From assembly GCA_002633005.1 (NCBI GenBank), contig NMRA01000358.1:124001-188000 (forward strand): DNA of 64,000 bases, in the 5' to 3' direction. The position numbers and the translations under genes are program-made. The notes under the pieces were generated by a model. It had not been told where the DNA came from. It searched no databases and saw only the letters and a program-made list of their open reading frames with translations. This document shows positions 1-13,200 of this stretch, in pieces. The stretch comes from Phoronis australis (lineage: Eukaryota > Animalia > Phoronida). The first letter of the stretch is position 1, and every line of letters begins with the position of its first letter.

Positions 1-984
1 TTACAAACCTTGATAGCATTTTTTAAGGTGCCAATTCAACATGGTGTCACAGGTTCACATATTCTCTATTATGTTCTCCAGTTAGTAGGTCCCCAACAAT
101 TGCAAATTTTCCGCAGATTTAGATTAAAGTTCACCGTGAGTTTGTGAGTACATGCTCTCATGTAATACCAACTGACCTATCGCCAGGATTTTGCGTGACG
201 GCTTAATTGACCATCAGACTGCAGTATTCTTGACACACCTTCCTTTCCAAGCTGCCATTTTACCTGACAAACAGTGCATTGCCGGATAAAACATAGTGAG
301 TTTTGTTTGTTTGTCGGCATTTCACAAGGGACAGAGCTTGTGATAGGTCAATTGTCAAGTCTCTAGGACATGTTAAAAATTTACGAGGTATTCCAACAAG
401 AAAGAGATGCTAGCATTTTGATACTTCTTGGAAACTGAGCTGCAAGTGCCTCGTCCAATTTTCTCAGCCAAATGAGATCTTAAAAATGCATGTTTTTTGT
501 CCACTGTAATTTGCTTTAAATGTAACTTTTTACACTTTTGATACTGAGCAGCATTCAAACTAAGGCTGGTAATTTTGTTGTTTGAGCCGGTGTTCCATGT
601 CAGTACTTGACAAGGTGAGTGTCACCTGGACTTGTTCTTAATTGGTCTGCATTTCTCATCACACTCTCTTGTTAGTGATGATTTCAGATAAATAAACAAA
701 ATATTTTTTCAGTTAGAACGTAAAATGAAACTTTCCTGTTTCCTATTTACGCTTCTGTCTCAGTTCAACAACGTCATGGTTTTCTGTTCAGTCACCTGGG
801 TTGATTGTGTGAAATGTAACGCTTGTCCGCTCGATAAGTTTGGTTATTGCGTAACGTTGACTGCATTATTCAAAAGTGTCAGCACGATGTGCCATAGTGC
901 AATGTTCAGTTGCTATTCAACATATCGACTTGTAACTGGGCCGGGATCTCTTTGTCCGTTAATGCCTGTGTTACCTCCCCCCAG

Positions 985-1219
985 ATTCGATCATCTGGCA
1001 GTAGTCCCGTCTCCCTGGACTCTGTGCCCACTGGTCAAGATGCAGGTGAATTCACCACACTGGGCACAAGGCCTCAGACTGACCATACTGAGTCAACATC
1101 CAAAGAGAGGCTACGAGGTGACAGGTATCCGAAGCAGGAGAGATCGAGTGAGCAAGAGGCTCAGAAGTTTGAGTTGCACCATTACGTTCACTTTAACAAC
1201 GATGGCGGGAAGAGACATG
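985..1219 (+). CDS. CEP95: CEP95 exon (first in window; alternative acceptor at 910)
   Basis: ccccAG acceptor, open frame, G|GTATGA donor, phase fits the next exon. Confidence 0.55.
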
Positions 1220-4200
1220 GTATGAATGGATTTACTTTTATCTAGCATCTTGTCAAGAAATGTTGGCTTGTTCTAGTTAGCCAGTTGATCATACTGTTGG
1301 TTCAGAATATTGGATTCACCAGAAGCATCCAATGCACATTTCGATCTTTGTTTTGAAGTCCAAGGAATTTTCAGCGGAATAACTGACAAAATAAGTCACT
1401 GACCCCATCGAAATTTTAGACTCTATTGGTTTCTTGGCAAATCAGCACTCAACAGGCTTGAGATTTTTTAAAACCTTTATGAAGTTATAAGCATGATATA
1501 ATGGGGCAAGGGGAAAGGTGCCTGTGCTTTCTGAGAGAGTGGTTATTTCAGGTGAGGGAAAATTGTACCCTGTATAAAAAAACACCTGTCCATGGCTGGT
1601 GGGCAAGTCAAGCGTCCAAACCGATTGGCCATCTGGTAATTGCCCCTTGGCAAGCAATGTTGACATTGTTCATTTGACTGTACATCTCACCCTGAACCTG
1701 AAATTCAGTGTTTGCCTTAGGGGGAATGTTTAATTCATCAGAGGGACTGATGAGGGGGATTTGGAATGATTTTAAAACATTCTTCGTAAGGAAATGGGGC
1801 TCTTATTCAAGGTATCAGGGACCCTACATAAATTTTTATTTCTTGACATTCTCTTAATAGTAAGCACAAACCATTATCATGTTCCAATGAAGGATATCTG
1901 TGTCATTTGTGTATTGTCTTTGGTTAATAGCCGAAGGTGTGTTTGATCAGTAAATCAAAACTTAACTTGTAATTCATTTCACTGGTTTTCGTGGTTACCC
2001 ATTATAACCTAAAAATATTGAAACATTGATTACTTTTTTGGAATTTGCTATAGCATCTCAAAAGTGATGTAATCATAACCTAATACCTGCCTGATGTCAG
2101 CAAACTAGTGAGTGCCTCTTCAAAGGAAAGCTGGGATTTGGAAACATTGTGTGTACCCGGCCACCTAACGTTTTCAACTAAAGGCCACATCGCAAATGCC
2201 TAAAAGAGACAACTGAGCTTGGGAACGAGCAGTATTTGCAACGAAATACTCTGATTAAATAAGTTCAAATGATGCCACATCCTGGGCAGCTATTATAAAT
2301 ATTACACAATGAACAATGTTGAAGAATTGGATGTCAGTGACAGTAAAACAGTTCACTTGTGACCTTTGTCAGTATTCAAACGTACATTCATCTTTTTCAC
2401 AGTTTCCGGTTAAGAAGGAAATATTTGGCTTTAGGACTGCAATGCCACTGAATGTTTGCATTCTTAGAGTGCTTTCTAATATCTTTGGCGTTCTTGGTAA
2501 GGTCAAGTGTTTCTTTCAGCTATCTCTGACAGAGAGCAAAACTTTGGTGTTGGCTGCTTCCTAAGTGTCTGTGAGTGACTCAATGTTCCATTTGTTATGG
2601 TCACGTCATGTGATGTGGCCAACAGGTGGCATGCTGACCAGACTTAAAAATATTTGTGATATTATGGATATTGTTCTCATTGTTAAATGTTCTTTCCTGT
2701 CTAGCCCAGACCAATGTACCGGTCAACTTCTCATCCAGTGCTCCAGACATCAGCCGTCAATCAACCCGACCTGTAGCCTCACTCAGATCATATGATCACC
2801 TAGACAGACTGATGAAATCTACCGCGGCCATGTCCAGACAAGCTCTGGATACAAGTCCACTCAAGGCTGACCATCAACACAAGAAAGTTGTCAGGTATAC
2901 ACATAAATTTTGTTGATTGTAGTTTATCAAAAATGTTTTTGCATGTTTTTGTATGTTTTTGTACTAGTCATCTAATTATGTGATATAAGCAGTTTATAAG
3001 AATTCTTATCAACAGTTGGTATTAATGTATCATGAAAGGCTTATTTTAAATTTTGATCAGGCTATTGTCGTGTTGCTGGATTGGTTGAATTTCCTTGCTT
3101 AATTAATAAACCTCTCAGTTCCTCTGCGTATGAATATACAACATGCAAACTTGACCTCTACTAAAATGCTGTATGTATTGTCTTGGTGCATGTAGTTTTT
3201 TGGATTTCTGTTTACCATCACATTCTTTTGGAATCTCATTGCAGTCAACAAGACTGCTGTTATACTAATTACCACTGTAATGCTGAAACTGGTTATAGTG
3301 AGACTGGCACAATGACTGAAGTTGTGTTGTCATTTGATGATCATTCTTCACAGGGACAAGATAGAAAGGTTACAGGAACACAGAGAGCAATTGCAGAGGT
3401 TATCCCAGTCTTTGCAAGGGCCAGGCACATCGCGGACTCTGAAAGGGCCAGGCACATCACAGCCCCTACAGGGACCAGTCACATCAAGAATGTACAACAA
3501 CTCAAATTCCAGTGAAGGCAAACTACATAAACAAAGGCAACAGGTGAACTGTCGGTATACATGTCTGATTGGGGTGAACTGTTGGGTACATGTCTGTTTG
3601 GGGTAAATTGTTAGGGCTCCTACTTCCCTCCCTCCCTCCCTCCTCCCNNNNNNNNNNNNNNNNNNNNNNNNNNNNNNNNNNNNNNNNNNNNNNNNNNNNN
3701 NNNNNNNNNNNNNNNNNNNNNNNNNNNNNNNNNNNNNNNNNNNNNNNNNNNNNNNNNNNNNNNNNNNNNNNNNNNNNNNNNNNNNNNNNNNNNNNNNNNN
3801 NNNNNNNNNNCTCTCCATGTGTTACTGGCCAGTTCTTATCTGTTAGCTGGTGAACATACTCTAGTCATCAGGACAACACTGATTACAAAACTAGCTGTTT
3901 ATCTTAGACACTTTCCTCTGTGTGAATGGTGCATGGCTATGCAGTTGCACATAAATGTTAAAGCTAGTTATTAAGAATTTTATGCTTTCTTATCAATTGT
4001 TGTTTCCTGATTAACAAAATTATTTGCATTTTTCAGAGCCAAGTGAAGCCTAGAAAAGTGACTTTTGCCAGTGATAAGCATTCGCCAGATTTATCTGTTG
4101 ATGATCTATCCTCTGAATTCAGCCGGTGAGTTGATGTGACTCAAATAGTAGACAATGTGGTAATGAGGCTAACTATGTGGTAACTATGGTATCTTTATTA

Positions 4201-7200
4201 ATGACTGTTTGACAATGTTTTGACAATTAAAGCATTAAGTGTGGCTGCCTTTTCAATTTAAATAAGTAGACAGGTTTGAAAGTAAATGCATTGATTTGAA
4301 CATTTGTGCCATTTTGGCTATTTGTATCGAGGAACATGGCCAAAGACTGACCTAATATTGGAAACGAGATCTTAAGTGCTGAAACTACAAAAATTCCTTT
4401 TCAATGCAGAATTTTGTTATAATTGTATTGAGCAGAACAGATTGTGTTGTTATTCGAGGTTTTTCGCTTCAGTCAACGAAGATATCCATTGGTTTCCAAA
4501 AAGACTTCAGCTCCAACAAAAAACAGGGGAGATTACTATGACAGGTACTCCCGTGACGAAGTTCATCGCAGTGAAGATGAACTGTCGACACACAGTGATG
4601 GGGTGTTGAATTATGGCACAACTACCAGGTAAGTGGCCACACATAGTGACACCAGGTAATGGACTGGTGCTTGTTATGTTGCTGCTGATATCTGGAAGTG
4701 TAGTAACCCCAGTTTTGATGATTTTGTTCTGCCTTTAAATCTTTGAAACAAAATGATGACCTGCACTCCTTGTCAAGCCATAATAATCTGAAACAAGTCT
4801 GTTACCTCAGCTACACTGTACATTCTTTGGACAAGCAAACCAAAGGCTGAATAAGAAACTTGAGCCAGCTTTAACTACAAGGTGGTTTTAGCTGACTAAT
4901 GCTCTTGTCCACCAGGGGGAGGTACTGCTTATGTAACTGTATTTAGCTCAATCAGGTTTGGAATCACAAAAATCGAAATTGGTATTATTATGTGACGTGC
5001 TTATTTTCCCTACCTTGGTGTCTTATGTTCTTCTAACTTGGTCTATGATCAAACTAAAGGGCATTTGGTATGCTCACTAATAGAGACATTCATGTTTCAA
5101 AATGTGAATTGTTCAACCTTTGGAGTATACATTAAGAGGTACTGTCAGCTTCATTCAACTTCGTCTTTTTGATCTTTCAATACACTTGCTTTATTTCATC
5201 TTAAATTTAACAATTTTGGTAACAAATAAGCTGGTGTGCTGTTTCTGTGGTTTCAAGAAATCAAATTATCGTTTCAGTGACAAGTTGATATCTTACAGTA
5301 GTTTTTATCTGTTTAGCGATGAAGATGTAATAAGAAGTCCACCTAGGAAGACAAGAAAGCAGAGGTCTAACTATGATGGTGTACAGGGTGTGTCTGAGAG
5401 GTCTAGTTACACAGGTTTACAGGGTGTAACTGACAGATTGGCCAGAGACAACAGGCTGACTAGAGCAAAGACTAGGGTGGGTTCAATGGCAGTATAGTCA
5501 ACTTATGTGGTCTGGTAACCGTTGATATCTAAGAATATGTAATAACTGTATTAGGCTTTGAAAAAAAGATTGATGGGGATCATGAATTCTGTGTATTTTT
5601 GGAATTTGCAAAATGTTACTGACAGTGGACCAGTCTCAGAAGCTGTATTGATTGTATTGATTACCAGTGCTGTGGCAAGAGTTAGAACCAAGATGACTTA
5701 ATCTCCTAGACTACCCTAGTACAGAGACTCACTTCATCAATTCCGTCATCTTCGTCATATTACTTTGCACACAGGTGCATGAACCCAAATTGTGAAGTAA
5801 TATTGGTTTCTCTGTGTAGTAAGGCCTACGTCCCTTGTGCAACCCTGTCCTCTGATTCACATCATTCTCAACATATTGCAGATTTTGAATAAGAAACTAC
5901 AGCAAGATTATGAAGATTTTGCAAATGAAAATGACCATGATCTTCGAAACTCAAGGTCCAGAGTGGCTGAAAGAAATGACGAGTACTGGAAAGCCGTGAG
6001 GCATGATAGGTCTAAAGTAAGACGCAGACAGACGGGAGGTATGTGGACCTTTAAATGGTTCTAACAAGTGGAATTATTTCAATTTGACTTAGTTTAATTG
6101 GCAATTTATTTTTATAATAGAAGTGGCATTTTCCATATTGTTCAGTTCTGTTTTTTTTCTGTTAGCGTCCAAGAAGTCTGTGTTGTTACCACCAAAGAAG
6201 CCATTCAAGTCTGAGCCTAAACAGAGAAAGCGTAGTGCATCGTGCAGCCCAACAGTCTGTAGGAACCGTCAGAGTAAGTAGTGGACAACACTGATCATCC
6301 ATACATGCATTGATAGTAATTTGAGATGGTGAGCTTGTAAAATTAGTTTTAAATAATCTTAGACAGAGCACTTTTGTTTTGTATTTTCAGTGAAAAATTC
6401 AAATAGTGGAGATTGAGATTTCCCTTCATTACTTGAATGACAAGTTTACAAAACAACTAAAATATGGGTTTCTTGTCAAGTATTATCTGTGGACATATGG
6501 ACTTCAAACTAAGCGGAACAGATCCCGAGGGTGATATCAAGTCTTATGAACCGAGGGAAAGTAATCTTATGATGCTTTCACGAGGTCCACATGACCTGAC
6601 ACGACCTAGTTATAACTTATAGGTCTGATGGTCCTTGCCCTCATTTTTTGCCTCTAATTAGAATAGCCTCGTCTTACCTGCTTTGATGTACTGATGTATT
6701 TCACTGTACTGGGAGTTGTTTAAGCCAATCAGAGGACAGAGGTACTAGTGGTCATGTAATATTAAATACCAGAAAGTTGTTGCTAACTAAAGTTTAAGAC
6801 AGCTGAACAGTGTTGTTTGCTTGCAGTCAAAGAAGATGAAGACATACTTCCATTTATGTTGGAAGAGTTTCCTTTCCTTCACTTGTCAAATGAGACGAGC
6901 CGTAAACTGTGGTGGGAGAGTGGCAGACAGATAGAGCAGATGACACGAGCAGCAAAGGAGGCCCAGCGCAAGAAAAGCAAAGCGCAAGTGGAGGTGGGTG
7001 TGGTCTTGTGGCGAGACATGTAGAGGTGGGTGTGGCCTGGCGATGAGTCACATTTACAGGCTGTGTGGTATGGCTTGATCGGGTTACGAGTCACACGTAG
7101 TGGTAAAAGGTCACATGTGTACGTGGATGGGGTATGGTGATAAGTCACGTGTAGAGGTGGGTGTGGTCTAGTGACGAGTCGCACGTAGTGACTGCTAGTC

Positions 7201-10200
7201 GTTGTGAACCAGTGGTATTGAAACAAGCTCTACTTTGTACATTGCAAAGGTTCCTGTACTACTGTTTGGGTTCCTATTTAGGCCCATGCAAACCCATTTT
7301 GCAAAAAATGCTTTTGTATCCATGGTTACTCAATGAAACAACAAAAGGATAACAGAGAGAAATTTCAGCTTCAGGGTGAAACAAACTCTTATCACTGGCC
7401 ACAGAACTAATAGCATGGATCAGCATCCTAATCACTGACCACAAAATATGATACACCATGCACTAAGAAACCTTACCTCAGGTGTAACTCTGATCATGAA
7501 CAAACAGTTCAGAGCACTACTTAGTCACCTGGGCCTGGTCTGGAAGGTTCATGTAATATTTTGGCATCTCTTTCTTATTTAGTTCCATAGACGTAGTATG
7601 AAATTACTATTTATCTATTAGATATGTACCGGCTCGGTTTGGAATGATTGTCTTCTACAGCCAGAGAATATGACACACTATTGCCTGATGTATCATTATG
7701 GTGCGCCTTTGCGCACAGTAATGAGTCATAGGAGCTAGGTCATGCACTTTGGTCACTGGTAATCAACATTGTGTGATTCTGTGGTAAGGCTGAGGTATGT
7801 GCTAATTGGTTTTCATTGCCTAGAGTCTGTGCTACACGCTTTGATATGCTGTTCAACTGTAACTTGAGAAACAAAGTAAGACAGATAACAAGCAAACTCT
7901 TGTGTTACATGACACGATTTTAAAAACCAAAATTGTTTTGAGCAGAAATTACATAGTCACAACTCTCAGTATTGTACTTCAGTAATTTGCTGATACATGG
8001 TCCCCAATAACTTGGCATGGTGATAATAACCATGTACGGCAGAGCTGAGGAGAACCCGTCAAATAGTTTTGAAAAGACACACACTAACATATCTAGTAAG
8101 TGCTCACTCATTGTTCTTGTCTGAGTGAGTGTGCGGGAATTGTGAATTGGGCTGTCAACTAGAGATAGCAACAGTGCAGACATTCAAGTAAAGTCCACTC
8201 CCAAAAACAAAGTGTTTGCCTCTTTTCATAAACACGGACTTGAGATGTGTGCCCTTAATTGAAATATTGGCTCCAGGTCATGTTCAGGCTCTGATGATAT
8301 GTGACAGACTTTTAGGTCCCATACATGATAGAGGGTTCGTTTCAGCTTGAAGAAGCTCAGAAAAGACAAGAAATATTGATGGCCATCATGAAGAAAGATC
8401 TGACACATACACAGAGATTGGTAAGTTACACACTTGATGCATTTCATTAGTTGTAAACGTCACGTTTGTCTAGTCACTTCAAACAGCAAGAGAGTAATTC
8501 TCCGCTCAGTCTTTAATGCAGCAAGAGTATTACATGTTTGTTTAGCCACTGCTTGTGTCTAAAGAGCAAGAGAGTAATTCTCTGCTTTGTCTTTAATTCA
8601 GCAAGAGTAATACTTCTCGTCTAGTCACTACTTGTGTCCAAAGAGCAAGAGAGTAAATCTCTGACCAGGCTTTATGCAACAAGAGCATTACATGTTTGTC
8701 TAATCACTGCTTAAGAGAGTAACTACCCAACCTTTAATGCAGCGACAGCATTACGCATTTGTCTAGTCACTGCTTGTGTTATGTTTTCAGCGAGAAGTGA
8801 AGAATCAGAAGTTGCATCAGATCAATCTCAAAGGCAGATTGCGGGACAGGAGATTGCAGTCAGCTAGGTCTCGTCGGTATTATGATGAATACCAGGTCAG
8901 ACAGAGGTCAAAGATGTTACAGCGTAGAACTAAGGAGGAGATGGTAAGTGGGTTGCTTTAAGTGTAATGCAACATGTCAGGGGTCTGTTGTGCTACGTGG
9001 TGGCAATTTGTTTGGAGTCCAGCTCTCACTGTCAAACCACGAGTGATAACCATGACATTTATCACAGATAACATGCCACCCCCTAATAGCTCACTTGTGA
9101 GTTTCCAGTTAGTCAATGTGACGTCACCGGAAGTAGGGCAAAATCCGCCATATTGCCCTTGTTTTGCCCCGAGTCTTTGCTACACGCGCTGAATCTTAGT
9201 GGAGTTCTTATGGAGAATTTTACGCTTAAAACGTTAACACAACTTAAGAGATGGTAGATGGATCATGGAATAACTGAATGGACGAAGCAAAGGTGAATTT
9301 GTAATGTTGTGCGGAGCTGTGAGCGGACTGAAATTGGAACTCGACCCAGGCTAGGCCTCAATGCCACTGGCATACAGGGGCGACAGTATATCCCCATAAA
9401 AAGTTACTCATTTCACAGTACAGCAAATAAAATCAAATCAAACATGCATATGTGCACATGGAGTATAATAATTAACACATACCATGATTTTGGATACAAT
9501 TTAGTCAACAAATAACATGAACATATCCTTGAAAATCTCGCGGTTCGGTCGAGTTTTTCTCACCGGGCGCCATTTTGAGGAAGTTACATGAAATCACGCT
9601 TGTTGACAAACAAAAAGTCCAAGGGACACAAATCTTACAAATTTCACTTGATATTTTCCCATGCTATTTTGCAAGGTCATGCGCCAAGTCACGCACTTCA
9701 CTCAATCTTGCGCTAGTCTTTGCCTCATACTCACCTGACTCAATTAAAATAATTTCTGGTTATCCCGTGCGCGCAGTGAAAAAGTTAACGGTCACCAAAA
9801 AGTGGAGTTGGAATTCTTCGCCAAAATCACCTGAATTTTCGTAGCTATGCTTTATCGAAGATATGTTTAGAATCAGAAAGGATCACTGAAGAAAGTAAGC
9901 GCCTTTTTAAGTGATAGTGTTGAGTGTAGTATGTATTTTAAATGAGGTGAAAACTTAACCAGTGAGCGGATTTTGCCTACCGCCCGTTTAAAATACACAG
10001 GAAGAAATTAGTACAGAATGCGATGGGATGTATTAGCGCAAATCTGAATTACATTTCCCATAACAGCAATGCATGTTTGGCATTTTTCACACTACAAGAT
10101 TAAAAACCGAAGTAAACTGAACAGAATGCACCCTGCTACCCTATCGGGCAAATGGCCAAATGACAAGATTTTGCCCTACTTTCGGTGACGTCAAAGTTAA

Positions 10201-13200
10201 GTCTCACAGAATCTTGCGTTATTGTTAATAACACGCAAAAGGACTATTTTATTGAGACAATTCCACTTGTGGTACACTGGATATCTATCAAACTACTTGA
10301 TCGATGTTTGTGGCATTCAGTTTTTGGACGGCTTGCTTTATGCCCACTAGAGGCTATTTTAAGTTAACTAGTATTGCACCCTCTAGTGGTAGTGATTAAA
10401 ATGACCATCTCTTGTAGCTGTGATGCACATTTTTGGAATGGAAATCATGTTCAAGGGTTTGTACAGGACTGGTGCTTTTATATCTTATGACTATCAATGA
10501 ATGAAGTTTTGAAGAACCTGCGATGCCCATGAATTCCAGCATTGTTTTTTTAATGGATGAATTAAGTTCTTGGTTTTCATCATTATTAAATTATTTAAAA
10601 CTGTGTGAAAAGGACTCTCATGTCCTTTTGGTCTCGCAACCACTAAACAACTGTGGCTCCTCATCAGAGAGATTTGTGGTATTATGTTTGTTGTACATGT
10701 TGGCGACAAGATGCAGGAATTTTTGCTGAAATTAGACATGGAAAGCTGTTGAAAGTTCTTGATTTTTTAGAGCGTCAAGTTGCTCAGAATGTAATACTCT
10801 TGCATTGAGTTGATTTAATGTTTGACTTTCAGATATTTAAGAGGTTGTTTAAAGAAGGTATCGAGGTGCAGAAGGAGAGATTGAAAGAGTGTCGTAAATA
10901 TGCTAAGGAGGAGAGAGAGAAGTACCTTGAAAAGCACAAGAATGAGTTGGAGTCTCTGGAGAACTAGTATCCTTTTACGGCTCACTTGTATGTTATCTTT
11001 GTTTCACGTCTGGCTGTCAAACCATGACAGCAAAGACTGAATGAGACTAGTTCGGTCACTACATCTGGCAAATTATGGACAGGTTTGGATGTGATTGTTG
11101 AGATAAAAAATTCAACTGTTAAATGGTGAAGACAATACTGTGACTGTCATGTCATTGGGGGTGTGCTTGCCATGTCATTCTGTGTGACTACCATGCTATG
11201 GTGGGTGTGACTAGCCATGTCATTCCGGGCCTGACTGCTATGTCATTCTGGGTGAGAATGCCATGCTTTTGCAAGGCAGTGGAAAGATGCTTTTTCACAC
11301 ACTCTTATATGAACTGCTTTGTAGGTGCATATTACATGACCATTAAAATATTGTTTGTTTACATAACGCACTAAATATAACTGGAAAAAATTTCCTTCTT
11401 CAGATACTGAGAAATTTGTGTAGTGTATTCTTATGAAATTGGCATCAGATGAATGGATCCGATTATTCTGTGGCAATTTGATTTTTTATGCTTGCCTCCG
11501 TATCTTTAAAGTTGCTTGATGGATTTTCTATTTGGGAGGCAGAGACCTCTTTCGATTTTGGCATATTCAATGCTACCCAGTGGTTGCTTTTAGGGTATTA
11601 ACACACACCCAGAATCGTACCTTTTGTGATGAAGTCGTGGATGCAATTCAACTCTTCACATTGTTCTTGAGGTGTTTTCATAGAGGCCTCTTTATCTGCT
11701 TATTGTGTTGTGAACAAACTTATAATTACCCAGTCACCAGGTGTTGATTGAACATGTGCTACTGACCAATCTGATGGTGGGCTGTGGCGACCACTAGCAG
11801 ACATTTTCCTTAGACATTTTTCTATTTAAGACATAAGCAAGTGTCGGTAGATTGAGAGACAGGATGGTTAAACGATATCAGTGGGCATTGTGTAAGTCAG
11901 ACAGGCAAAATATTGAAGTTTGACTGGGGGAGTAGAATTTATTCCATTTCCAAAATGGGAAAACCCTAAGAATCACCTGGAAAAATGCTTCTAGCTACTA
12001 GTGTTATATGTGTACATTGTCGATGGAAACTACCAGCTTTATGATAGGAGGAATCTTGTCTGTGTAGTGACCAGAGCAAGAGTCAATCATGCGATAAATA
12101 ATTAATTTTTCAGGTTCTGATGATAGTGCTTAATGTGTGAATGGTTGTACGTTTGTGACCTTTACTTTGATATGACACCTAATATGTAGTTGGTTCTTCT
12201 TAACTAAAACTTCAGTTATCGTGATCAATTTAGTATGGTTGCTGAATCTTTAGCAAGAGAGAAGCGAGAATTAAAGATCCAAAATGAAGCTCAGACTAAG
12301 GTAAACAGTGAGGTGTTGCTTTGTTTGACCTGGTGTTGAAAAAGAGTATGAAAATCAATTCTCAAAAATAGTTGGACAATCATTTGACCACTTGTTTTAG
12401 CTTTTCATGGAAGAGTGTTTAAATCTGCCCTAAACTGATTGATAGGAAAATCAGATAGCTTATCCAGGTCAAGGGATGGAGAGGGAGCAAATGCAAATAC
12501 AGCTCTTAGAGGTAAGGGAACACTATGAAATGTGGATCTACCTCTTCTATTTTGCACAATGCAAAACTAGTTGAGAGACTGTTGTTAAAACAACTATAAC
12601 TTAAAGATGAACTGAAAGTGAATTCTAATGTGGGAGGTACAAATGGGCACACTCTTCGGCACTTATACCTGTGACTTTGACCAGCAGGGAAGTCCAACAC
12701 AGCTGATGTTGTCATTCGGTCACTAAGAAATGTATGCTTTGTCCATAACTAACATTGATACTGACTTTATTTCAAAACTTTAGGGTAGCCACATTTGTAC
12801 TAAGGTAGGGCGTGTCCTTGGTGACAAAATGAAAGTCTACAAGACAGTGCAGACCACTCCCATGATACACAGATCTTGGAATTTTCCTCTTTTAAGAGGA
12901 TTTCCTTTTTTGGTTTCGATTTCCTCTTACTGGATTTCCAGATTCCCCTTTCTTTGTTTCTTTTTTATCATTAGTTTGACATTATTTATGCAAAGGCGTT
13001 TAGTTCAGTTAAATTTTACAACACAAATCTGTCACACAAGCCTGTTTATTTGTGGTGCGATCACCTGGAAATTTTCCTCTTTTTGTCATTGGTCATGCCG
13101 AGCCCTGGGCACAGTCATATGGGGTATTGAAACATCCTCCAGACGAAGGCCATCTAATTTCAAAGTATCATTTTAAGAACCTCTGTGTACTTAGTTGTGC

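Noticed and set aside
725-1225. 166-aa ORF as an independent gene
   Set aside because: It is an alternative frame overlapping a CEP95 exon and has no recognisable domain.
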